Shown here: positions 11,257 through 23,430 of the stretch, in pieces | Layout: each line of letters begins with the position of its first letter | How positions within the stretch are numbered: the first letter of the stretch is position 1 | Origin: Gnetum montanum | Taxonomy: Eukaryota > Plantae > Gnetophyta | Length of the DNA stretch: 64,000 bases | Assembly (NCBI GenBank): GCA_015680685.1 | Contig: MNCI01002704.1 | Span: 50,701-114,700, forward strand | Reading direction: 5' to 3' | Translations under genes and position numbers: made by a program | Notes under the pieces: generated by a model | What the model saw: the letters and a program-made list of their open reading frames with translations, nothing else | Told to the model about the DNA's origin: nothing | Databases searched by the model: none

Positions 11257-12266
11257 CACATGAATCATGATGATCTTGTTACATGATTGATGAGACGCAG
11301 ATTGCATAAGCCGCGATATCGTGTACACGATATCGTGGCCGATGCGATATCGCATCCCCTGTGATATCGCGTATGTGATATCGCGTCTTTCCCTGCAATA
11401 TCGCGGTCCGCCGCCATATCTATAAATAAGAGGTGGAACTCCCCTCATTTATCATCCTAGGCATAAAGTAGCGAAGCTCTGACGGATTGATCACCCCAGA
11501 GATAGAATATTTTCCATGTGCCCGCAGTAGGAGTCCCCCAAGTGAACGGTTCATTATTCGAGCAGCTTTGTACCTGAACGCAAGTTGTGTACAGCAATAA
11601 AGATGAGCTTTGTGGATAAACCTTGCAGTGCATGGATAGGTTTAATTAATGTTATTTACTGCTTTCCTAGTAACGCGGCATGAGTACTACTTGGTTACGA
11701 GCATTGACGAACGTGTACGGATAACCAAGGAATCGGCTACTCATCGCGAGTAGATTCTCTCAACCCTTTCCTCCTAGAACATGGGACAAGTACGACTTGA
11801 TTACGAGCATCTACGGATGTGTACGGCTAGTTAAGGAATCGACTGCTTGTCACACTTAGGTTAGTTAAGTGCCTCAGTATGACCGCTTCGAGCATGTGCG
11901 TTACGTGTGGTGATCCCAATAACAATTTGCGTTTGGTAGCCACAGTTGCACAGTTTAGGGTGTGTACGGCAAGTGGGAATGGATGTTGACGCTAGGACTT
12001 AGTGCTGTAGTTAGAGTTAGTTTTAGTTTCTCAACCCTTTACCTCTTAGCATATGAGAAAACCAAAAAATACCAAAAAAATCATATACCTCAAACTTGCT
12101 TAACCATACACCGTGACACATACAAGCAAGCCTGGGAAGACAACGAACGATTGACCCCAAGCGTTCCTTGTGGCGTTAAAGAATTTAGTCTGCGGAGTTC
12201 GACCGGATCGCATGTGCTATGCTCGTTTCGTATGGTTGAGTGTAGGGGTACCTCGCCACTCATCAT

Positions 12267-12284
12267 TGGCGCCGTTGCCGGGGA
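12267..12284 (+). other. Primer-binding site (Athila-type, tRNA-Asp-like)
   Basis: TGGCGCCGTTGCCGGGGA one base after the LTR end. Confidence 0.85.
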
Positions 12285-12770
12285 CTAAGTGTTTTTTCGC
12301 CAATTAGAACATAAGGGATATCACTCACATCATTGTGAGCTCTAATGAACCTTCAGGTTAATCAATTAATCAAGAACATAAATAATGGTAAACAGCACAC
12401 CATAAGAATGGCTTCTTCTCTCAAAATCAACTCACCTAAGGACAATACAAAAGAGAGTCAGAATCATACGCATAACCCAAATCAGCCATGTCCTAAACAG
12501 TATACGATAACGTATACTCATCTCGATGAGTATATCCCTGATTACACTTTTACCCTCCATCAGGATGAACAGTTACGCTAGAGAGATTTGTTTGGTAATA
12601 TAGTTTTACCACCAGATCGATCTGTTCCGAACATGCTTTTCCATGGATTGGCAAAGATTGGCATACAAGACTTATTCGCTGAATACGTTGCTAGAAGATA
12701 TCATATAAGGGATTATCATCCCACCGCTTTGCAACGTATGAGGGACGAAAGGTAGGAGAGCCAACATTCA

Positions 12771-15565
12771 TTGTTGAAGCGCAAGGTCCCCCATGTCCTT
12801 AGTGAAATAGGAGACGAGGAACCCCTCACAATGGGTTACTTAGAAAATGATGTTCCTCCTCCTCACTCTGGTGAAGAGGTAAGGCATCAGGGCCTTCGAT
12901 CAACTATACATGCTATAGGCTCTGACCATCGTGAGCACCAACTATTCACGGTAGGAACAACCACTCACACTAAGGATGGACACTTAGATCGTTACAACAA
13001 TTGGGGCCGAAGCAGCCGAAGAGAAGGTAAGAAACATTGCCACGGTGATGGATCCCCTTCCTCTTCTCCTTCATCTCACCATTCACACTCTCATTCCACA
13101 TCTGGGCACAACCATCGTGAGCATAACGAAGAGGGTAAAAGTAAAAGGGAAGATGAAATACCTCGACAAGAAGGTCAAGAGGAGTTAGGACAAGGGCAAG
13201 GACGTAGGGAGAGTAGGGAACCACCACGAAGACATCACAGACGTCATGAAAGAGATGATCATGACGAACCCCTACTCACAACCCGAAGCATGCTAAACAT
13301 CATAGAGGCAGTTAGGATCCCCACAAGGCACTTAAAAGACATTAGGATCAAGAGTTTGGACATAAATAATATCCCACGTTTTGAAGGGGGATACAACGCT
13401 GATCCTCAACATCATTTACAGGCATTCCACGATGCCTGTGCCTTGCAGAACATAGATAATGAGTGGCAGAAACTCAAGTTGTTCCCAAGGACACTCACCA
13501 AAGAAGCAGAGAGCTGGTACCGGTCCTTAGAACCGGAAACCATCAGGAGGTGGAGTACGATGCTTGAATTGTTCAACAACAAATATCAAACGTACTCCAG
13601 AGTGTCCAACTTGCGTAAGCAAATCCAAGGCTAGAAACAAGGTGCTTATGAACCCTTGGATGCTGCCATGGCCCGTTACTATACACTGCTACATTGTTGC
13701 CCGGGCCATGGGTACGCTAAGCGAGATCAACTTCGCCACATCGTGGATGGGCTACGAAATGAAACGAGAAGAACTCTTGGGACTTACGCCCAAGGGAGAC
13801 TCTTCCAACTAAGAGCCCATGAAGTTGAAAGCTTGTTGGAACAAGTAGCACAAGAAGAGGGTGAGCTACGGAAGAGAGAAAGTGCAGAAGAATACAACCT
13901 CTATCCCTCCCTTCGCAAGAAGGGAGTGAAATTCTGTGATGAGGAGGATGAGTCACCACTCGAAGAGTTTGTGAACCGGAAAACCATGCCGATCCAAAAG
14001 TTAACAACCGAGGTATCGACTAAGGTAGAACAAATGTGGGATTCTTTAGACTCATGAATAGAAACAGTCTTGAAAATCGTAGAAGAGTCTAAGGTAGAGC
14101 AAGGTAGTGACAAAGGCAAAACCACGCGGAGAAACTTAAGCCCTGCACATAACAAGGGTAAGGGGAAAATTCCTATCTCCGATGAGGCTATAAATTCTGA
14201 TTCAGACAATCATAGTGGATGTGAGGTCTACTACTATGACCATCCTAAGGGATGTTACTCAATTATCTCACATCTGTAGGAGTCTGGGGTGTATGCACTA
14301 AATCCAAGACTTAATCAACGACAAACACCCCGAAGGTTACCTTACCCACAAGGTAACCCAAGGCAGTTCCACCAACCCTTGACATACTATCCAAGTGGAA
14401 TGCCTCCACAGCCCATTGGACAACATCAGCAGTGGCAATACCCAGAGTCATGGGGGATGCCACCGCCAACACATCAATACCCTTACCGGCAGCCTGATCC
14501 TTACGGTTATTATGTGCAACAGCCGGTTTTTCCAGGTGACTCTATGGGTCACACTACCCCCCAACTCACTACCAAGCTCGGGAGTACTTCAGAAGGACTC
14601 CTTCTCCTCTGGGAGACATCTCACATTTAGTCCATCCTCTAACTCCGCCCGCACCTCTTCCTCCAGTAGTTCCCATACAACTTGTTTCAACAATGCAAGG
14701 GGAATTACCTACTCAACCGTAGCAATGTAACGCCGCGAGAGCGGTAAATATTTAGAGTGTCAATATCCAACCGGGTACTAGTTCTGGCGACAACTGTACA
14801 AAGAAGAGACTTTTTTTCAGAACTAGGAGCCCAGACAAACTCTCACAACAACAAGCGGACAGGTACATGTATAGGCCTCTAACCACTAACGCTTCGGAGA
14901 ACCCTTTAGTCCAAAGGAGTGTAATGCATGCGATTATGCTAACGCATACCGTAACTAACTAGATCAAGGTAGGCCACCTTCCCAGGAAACTAACTGACCC
15001 TGGGAGTCCCTTTATTTATTTACAGATCATTGGAAGTGCACCACATTAAGCTCTTCTTGACTCAGGTTCCAGAGTCAACTTAATTTCACAAAAGATGTAT
15101 CATGCCTGGAACTTGCCAAAACTTAAGAAGAGCAACATCCAACTGGAGCTGGCAGACCAGTCCATCACCATTCCCTTAGGATTGGTGGAGGATGTTATTA
15201 CCACTATGTGTGGTTGGTCCTACCCAGTTGACTTTCTAGTAATCGAAATGAACAACAACGAAGGGGACTTCCCAATTATAATGGGAAGGGCATGGCTAAG
15301 TACAGTAGACTCATGCCTTAGGATTCGTGATCTTTCCTTGGAAATCTCTAAGGTAAACATATGTGAAAAGATCGAGAAGAGGATAGTTCCATGCATCACA
15401 TACAGTGATTCATCGGGTGATGACATGGAGGAAATGTCTCCATGTAACAGGTGTGCCCAAGAAACTCTGCAACAAAGATGCCTGTATGTAGCAACCACAC
15501 AAGAAGTAGTAGACACCCCGTGGTTGACAGCTTCTCGTAGGAGTAGAGAAATATGCATGGAATGA
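12771..15565 (+). pseudogene. gag: gag-aspartic protease polyprotein with in-frame stops and frameshifts
   Basis: IPRFEGG..DPQHHLQAF..KLKLFPRTLTKEAESWY (retrotransposon gag). KLTDPGSP, ALLDSGSRVNLI (~15050), IQLELADQS..PLGLVEDV..YPVDFLVI..FPIIMGRAWL (retropepsin). Ends at a stop at 15565 with no RT downstream. Confidence 0.9.
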
Positions 15566-18500
15566 ACTGAGGAAACTCATGCCAACAACCATGGCATAGA
15601 CGCGTTGGAATGTGAGCGTTGCCAACTTCCACCCCTCAACTTAAGATCATCAATTGGGAGAAGCTGGGCACTTCTGAGAAATTCAAATAGGCTCTCACTA
15701 TTTTGGATCTATCCCTTACAACTCAGTCATGGGGGAGATGTACAACTATGCTAACCATATGGGGCCCTCAGTTCTTTTTCAGTTTTTGTTTTACACATTT
15801 TTGTTTTACAAATTTCTTTAACTTTTCTAACTTCTTGCTTTACAAATTTCTTTAACTTTTCCTATTTTTGTTTTACATCATCGTTATACTTTTTCCATTT
15901 TGTGTGTGTGTGTGTATCCACCCTGGAAGTTCGTCACACAATAAGTGTTCAAACTGATGGTATGAACTATTTTCATATTGATTGCTAATGTTTGGTTTTT
16001 ACCTTTAAGTTACATTGTTGATACTAAGGTATGCTTCTTTTGATATGGCAGACAATGAGATCACTTCATCCATCCATCCACCANNNNNNNNNNNNNNNNN
16101 NNNNNNNNNNNNNNNNNNNNNNNNNNNNNNNNNNNNNNNNNNNNNNNNNNNNNNNNNNNNNNNNNNNNNNNNNNNNNNNNNNNNNNNNNNNNNNNNNNNN
16201 NNNNNNNNNNNNNNNNNNNNNNNNNNNNNNNNNNNNNNNNNNNNNNNNNNNNNNNNNNNNNNNNNNNNNNNNNNNNNNNNNNNNNNNNNNNNNNNNNNNN
16301 NNNNNNNNNNNNNNNNNNNNNNNNNNNNNNNNNNNNNNNNNNNNNNNNNNNNNNNNNNNNNNNNNNNNNNNNNNNNNNNNNNNNNNNNNNNNNNNNNNNN
16401 NNNNNNNNNNNNNNNNNNNNNNNNNNNNNNNNNNNNNNNNNNNNNNNNNNNNNNNNNNNNNNNNNNNNNNNNNNNNNNNNNNNNNNNNNNNNNNNNNNNN
16501 NNNNNNNNNNNNNNNNNNNNNNNNNNNNNNNNNNNNNNNNNNNNNNNNNNNNNNNNNNNNNNNNNNNNNNNNNNNNNNNNNNNNNNNNNNNNNNNNNNNN
16601 NNNNNNNNNNNNNNNNNNNNNNNNNNNNNNNNNNNNNNNNNNNNNNNNNNNNNNNNNNNNNNNNNNNNNNNNNNNNNNNNNNNNNNNNNNNNNNNNNNNN
16701 NNNNNNNNNNNNNNNNNNNNNNNNNNNNNNNNNNNNNNNNNNNNNNNNNNNNNNNNNNNNNNNNNNNNNNNNNNNNNNNNNNNNNNNNNNNNNNNNNNNN
16801 NNNNNNNNNNNNNNNNNNNNNNNNCCCCTACACCTTCGGTAGTCATCAGTAACATATTCCTAGATCCATATCAGCCATACCACAACCTAGCGAATGGACT
16901 TACACCAAAGTAAGGTATTCTTTACTTAATGATTCAATTACCCTTGCTAATATATGATTGTGTTGTGTGTGCAGATGGAAATCATACAACAACGGAATGG
17001 ATCTGGAGCAAACACTTGGAATGGAGCAGCACTGAAGCAGCTATGCAAGGAGTAGAATTGATGATGCGCTTACGGATGGACAACAGAAGGCGCAATCTAG
17101 GCATGACAACAACAAGACTCTTCTCTCTTCTTCTCTTCTATTCTCTCTCCTTTTTTCTCTCAACTACCAAATGTGGCCTAATTTCATTGTAATAAGGTGT
17201 TCACCATTGTTGTCTCGAACACCAGTTTGTTAAGTCTTGTAATAATGAACCGTTCACATGTCATTCCATTAGTTCCATTCCCCTCAATAATCCCATACCT
17301 ACCTGATATTGTTGTAAGGAACTTGAGGACGAGTTTTCATTCAGTCATGGGGGTATGATGAGACGTAGATTGCACAAGCCGCGATATCGCATATGCGATA
17401 TCGTGGCCAATGTGATATCACATCCCCTGCGATATCGCGTACGCGATATCGTGGTCTACCGTCATATCTATAAATAAGAGGTGGCAGTCCCCTCATTTAT
17501 CATCCTAGGCATAAAGTAGCGAAGCTCTGGCAGATTGATCACCCCAGAGATAGAATATTTTCCATGTGCCCGCAGTAGGAGTCCCCCAAGTGAACAATTC
17601 TTTATTCGAGTAGCTTTATACCTGAACGCAAGTTGTGTACGGCAATAAAGACAAGCTTCGTGGATAAACCTTGCAGTACATGGANNNNNNNNNNNNNNNN
17701 NNNNNNNNNNNNNNNNNNNNNNNNNNNNNNNNNNNNNNNNNNNNNNNNNNNNNNNNNNNNNNNNNNNNNNNNNNNNNNNNNNNNNNNNNNNNNNNNNNNN
17801 NNNNNNNNNNNNNNNNNNNNNNNNNNNNNNNNNNNNNNNNNNNNNNNNNNNNNNNNNNNNNNNNNNNNNNNNNNNNNNNNNNNNNNNNNNNNNNNNNNNN
17901 NNNNNNNNNNNNNNNNNNNNNNNNNNNNNNNNNNNNNNNNNNNNNNNNNNNNNNNNNNNNNNNNNNNNNNNNNNNNNNNNNNNNNNNNNNNNNNNNNNNN
18001 NNNNNNNNNNNNNNNNNNNNNNNNNNNNNNNNNNNNNNNNNNNNNNNNNNNNNNNNNNNNNNNNNNNNNNNNNNNNNNNNNNNNNNNNNNNNNNNNNNNN
18101 NNNNNNNNNNNNNNNNNNNNNNNNNNNNNNNNNNNNNNNNNNNNNNNNNNNNNNNNNNNNNNNNNNNNNNNNNNNNNNNNNNNNNNNNNNNNNNNNNNNN
18201 NNNNNNNNNNNNNNNNNNNNNNNNNNNNNNNNNNNNNNNNNNNNNNNNNNNNNNNNNNNNNNNNNNNNNNNNNNNNNNNNNNNNNNNNNNNNNNNNNNNN
18301 NNNNNNNNNNNNNNNNNNNNNNNNNNNNNNNNNNNNNNNNNNNNNNNNNNNNNNNNNNNNNNNNNNNNNNNNNNNNNNNNNNNNNNNNNNNNNNNNNNNN
18401 NNNNNNNNNNNNNNNNNNNNNNNNNNNNNNNNNNNNNNNNNNNNNNNNNNNNNNNNNNNNNNNNNNNNNNNNNNNNNNNNNNNNNNNNNNNNNNNNNNNN

Positions 18501-21500
18501 NNNNNNNNNNNNNNNNNNNNNNNNNNNNNNNNNNNNNNNNNNNNNNNNNNNNNNNNNNNNNNNNNNNNNNNNNNNNNNNNNNNNNNNNNNNNNNNNNNNN
18601 NNNNNNNNNNNNNNNNNNNNNNNNNNNNNNNNNNNNNNNNNNNNNNNNNNNAGCATTTGGTAGCCATAGTTGCATAGTTCATGGTGTGTACGGCAAGTGG
18701 GAATGGATGCTGACGCTAGGACTTAGTGCTGTAGTTAGAGTTAGTTTTAGTTTCTCAACCCTTTACCTCTTAGCATAGGAGAAAACCGAAAAATACCAAA
18801 AAAATCATATACCTCAGACTTGCTTAACCATACACCGTGACACATACAAGCAAGCCTAGGAAGACAACGAACGATTAACCCCAAGCATTCCTTGTGGCGT
18901 TAAGGCATTTAGTCTGCGGAGTTCGACCGGATCGCGCGTGCTACGCTCATTTCATATGGTTGAGTGTAGGGGTACCTCGCCACTCATCAATGATCATGTG
19001 CAATTGTGGAAGTTATGGGTAAGCATCACTACAAAAGGGCTTGCATTTGAGCTTCAAAGCTACTTTAATGGTCAAAGTCACAAGTTTACAAGATACAAGC
19101 TCCTTTAGTCAAAGTTGCTTGCCCTACCATGTTCAGCTTTATGGGAGCTATGCCTTACATGAACTCTGATGTGGTGGTTACATCAAACTTAGATATCTAT
19201 AGTATATATATGGAGAATTCACATGAGCTTCATCTACTTACATCTACTTAACCTATTACGATGTGGAGTGTTTTTGAAACATAGAATTTAAAATATTCAG
19301 CTAGGTTAAAAAAAGTGGTTTCAATGGTAGAGAGCTCAATATGGATAGTGATTAGTAAACTCGTACCCATGAGCTATTAGGTGAACTTTGAATATTTGTA
19401 TATTGAACTTATTATACAACCTCACTTGATAGTTGAAACCATGTTAACTCTCGATGTGCATAGGGCATGAAGCATGGTAAGTGGTGCTTTCCAAAACAAC
19501 AAAGCTTTTTTTTAGTATTGCATGGAACCTATAAAAATCAAATATTTATTCTAAAATGTCTATCCAATTTTCATTTTTGTAGATTTTTTCCTTTCTTATT
19601 TTTATGGGCACTCTTGAAAAGATTTGTCCTTGCTTTAGGTTTTTAGACATCGAATTTGTGAGTAGAAAAATGCTTTTTTCCATGTGCACTTCTAAGTAAT
19701 GATTTTGAGGCACATGATTTAGATGGTAGATATGGATCTCGTGTATATTGATTATCATCCCATCATATATATCATTTCACATGATGCATATAAGCTATAC
19801 TGCCTGATGACTAAGGTCATGATTTGGATTGAATTACAAAGGTTCCATATAGTGCTATTGCCACATTGATTTGAGGTGTACCTATGTGAATTTATGCCAC
19901 ATTTGAAAATTATTATTCTTGGATAGAAAACATTTATGATGTTAATAGTTGCTTGTAAAACATCATGGATTCTACGTAAACACCTTAGAGATAGCATGAT
20001 TCATGCATGTTAAAATATTGGTTATTTGTGACATTTACAAGTTAGTTTAAAATACCTCCATGGTGTTTAGAAGTGTTAGATAGTTGATATAGTGAGAGAC
20101 TGTATGGCATTTATTATTATTTTTTAAAAAAAACTATCATATTTGCTAGCTAGAATGGAAGGACTTTGAGCTAGTGTTTCCATGGTCAAGGTTATCCTCC
20201 TAGAAAATGTGGTTGAATAATTTATAATACTTTCAAGTAGTTTGGATACTATCATGTTTATTGATAGTGGAAGTCTAATGATAATGCAACGATAATGCAT
20301 GCAATCACTAGTCATGATAGCATTGCTAATGGACATGTGTCATGATTCCCTCCATAGCTTATTTTAGTAGGTTGTATAATTAATCCTCATGAGAAAGGTA
20401 TGTGTGTAGATGGAATAATAAAGTAGGTGAAATAAAATGCAATTTAAGATAAAAATAAAATAAATAAAATAGAAATATAAGTCACACTTGTTTGTTAGTA
20501 TGACTAGAAAGCCATGCAACAAAATTTAGGGGCAGTAAAAGTAAAAGAAACCTAATTAGATGTTTTTAAAATGAAAATAATGTATTATTGTAGTCATTCT
20601 AATGTGCATCAAATCTTGATAGCTTGTCATTACTAGAGGTATCTTGAAGTTGCAAGCTTGGATTTGTTATCTAGTATCTCTCAATGCATTGCAAGGTAGT
20701 TAGATTTATTTGTTCAACATTGCTCCATGTTAATTTTCTTCATATTATTTGTTTGAATGCATCTAAATTTTTTAGAACCTTTTGATTAAGTGAATTTCTT
20801 AAAAAATATTTGTGGTTTTGTTTTTAGTAATGTTTGGGTACTCTTATTTTTTGGTTATGCGAAACACAACATTGTGCCGGATGTTAGTTTGTAGGTGAGT
20901 TTAGTAGTTGAGGATATTATTGTAGCTTGTTTTGTTGAGTTTATTGTCCATTGTATAATTTTATTATTTTTTAGAGCTCTTCCAAGACAATATAGATGTT
21001 TAGGACCAAGTTAAATTTATTTCCTATTATTTTATAGCATTCCATTGGCATGGTAGAGGGTATTAGCACTATTTAATATAGGTTAACTAACCCTGTCTGC
21101 TTCATATATACTTCATCGATATACTAGTAGGATATAAATTTGGATGATTATTGTAGGGTTTAGGGTTTGAGGTGCACAATGTTAATGATGTTGAATTTTC
21201 TTACCAAAGAGCTATACATGAGTTCTAGCTACAACAAAACTATGTGGTCATGTTGCTTTATTTGAACTAAGGATAAAAGTTTTTCTCTAGTTATAGAATG
21301 GGCTATTACATGAGAGGACTAACATAGTGTGCCAAATGGAGGTCTTGCATGTGTATTTCTCACATTACTAATTTTTTATTACATTTTTGACCTGGGCATG
21401 TAGGTATCTTCTAGTACTACTTTAGAACAAATTCTCATTGAAGGATGCAACAACTTGAAGGAATTTAGGGCATACTCAGAGAATTAGAAAAGATTATACA

Positions 21501-22433
21501 ACATTTCAAATGCCCTTAAACTTATGGTAATCAATGACAAGATGCATTTCCACAATGTGTATATTGATCAAGACATATCAACAATCTTTTTCTTACTTCC
21601 ATCTAATAATAAGTAGTTTTTTTGATGATTTTATATAGAAAATGACTTTTTAGAAATCATGAAAGAAAAATATTTTATATGTTAAAGGAGCTACTTTGAT
21701 GATATGGATCATTATAAGGAAGGGTCACCACACTGTCTATTTATTTCGTTTGATCATGGCTACATTATAGATGCATTGGGGACTAGATTTTTAGAGGAAA
21801 TTGGATAGGCTTACATTGTGCAATTCTTGAAGATCTCAAGATTGATGAAAAAATAAGGAAGGATCGAAGCCATAAAATCTATTTGATATCCATGTGCAAG
21901 TTATGTCGAAGGCATTGTATGCCTTCATCTAGAATTTTTGGAGGGCTATTTGTCTAATAGAGGCCTAGAGTAATATACATAAGAATCCATCCAAGGTTAA
22001 TTTGTCAGCATCCAAATTGAAAATGGAGTTGAATGATGTAATGAATGTCCTCCAACATCCAATGAAAATTTAGAATGCATGTGACATGTAGAATGATATA
22101 GGTAAGATGAAGAGTGGATATTGTATTGTAATATTTTATATGTTCCACATTTTCTCATTTTGTTAATTCTTTTAGGCAAATTATTATAATAAGTGTAGTC
22201 CAACATGCAATGCAATGAATGGAGTAACATCAAAGGTTGGTATAAAAAATATCTCCATAATGGCTAAATTTTAGCCTTTTGATGCATTATTTTATTTCTC
22301 CTTGTGATTGTGCAAGTCTTGACATGATGCTAAATTTTAGGAAGAGATGTTTTATTAGATTAAATCAAACCTTTTTGTTTCATCTCTTGCAAAAGCCTCC
22401 TATTAGTATTAATGTTCACTCAAACATAAACTA

Positions 22434-23430
22434 TGTTGGTGGCATCCCAAAAAGGTTCCCCTAAATGTTGGCATGGTAGTGGAAACCATTGGTGCACCAA
22501 GGTTTTCTACACTAATGACCATGATTATGAATGTTTCTTTTTAGCATTTGTTGTAGGGATACCTCTTCTAATTTCCTTGTTTTTTTCTTACATGTGTGTT
22601 TTTGCAAGTTTTAGATTCCACAGAGATGTCTTAGAGGCTATGGAGTCATTTTACCTAAGATTTAAGCTCTTAAGAGAGACATCTTGGAGAATAAGAGACA
22701 TCTTATTTGGGAGTTGAGAGCTTGTAGGAGACATTTCATGTTCTAGGAAGATGTCTTGGAAAAAATCCAAACATCTAGGATGAGACATCCTAGTTTTGGA
22801 TGAGATGTCTCATAAGTTGTTTAGACATCCTAGTTGCAATGGAGATGTCTTAGGCCCATATGAGATGTTTTACTAGCATTTCCAATTTTGGTAGAAGACA
22901 TCCTGGAAAGGCAAGAGATGATCCAAACGTGGAGGGAAACTTCTAAAATTATTGTTCCAAGTTTGGAAATAGTCAAAACATGGGAGAAATGGATGGAGAC
23001 ATCAGAGGATCTTTACGCTAAGCTTGAGGAAAGTTTTCTTGGGCTTTTTCTCCCACTTGGTTATTAAATATTAGGTTTTTTAGTGGTTTTACCATGGGGA
23101 GATGGGATTGAGATATCATAAGAGCATATGTGAAGAGTACATGAGTGTGTATGCAACACTTGGCCAATTTTTTGAGTATTAACCTAGTGTTTCTTATGTC
23201 TTGTGAATTAAGATCTTAGTCCCAAGCTATTGAAGATATTCTTTCTTGGTTGTGTCTTGCATTAAGAACAACCATTATGTGGTTATAGTCATGTTCTACA
23301 ACATTGTTTGAGTGATTTGAGAGGTTTTTATATATTTTGTGGGTTTTGGAACCCTAATGTAATCTTCTTTTTTGATAATTGAAGATATCTAGTATTTTTT
23401 TTTTAGAAAATTTATTTATCTTTTCATAAT
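22434..23430 (+). mobile_element. Degenerate LTR fragment, Copia/Sirevirus-like; right boundary uncertain
   Basis: Starts tgttgg. Dense cluster of AGACATCT/AGATGTCT motifs (22620-23010) like those at 41230-41500 and 55900-56050. Confidence 0.4.

Larger units (their letters stand above)
11288..18989 (+). mobile_element. Non-autonomous Ty3/gypsy Athila-type LTR retrotransposon (gag + protease only); LTRs 11288-12265 and 17356-18989
   Basis: TG...CA LTRs, perfect TSD ATGAT (11283-11287, 18990-18994), PBS TGGCGCCGTTGCCGGGGA, PPT agtcatgggggta, and a gag-PR region. Confidence 0.95.

Noticed and set aside
5279-18778. Long track ORFs made of X (5279-5750, 16015-16855, 17468-18778)
   Set aside because: Artefacts of translating N gaps.
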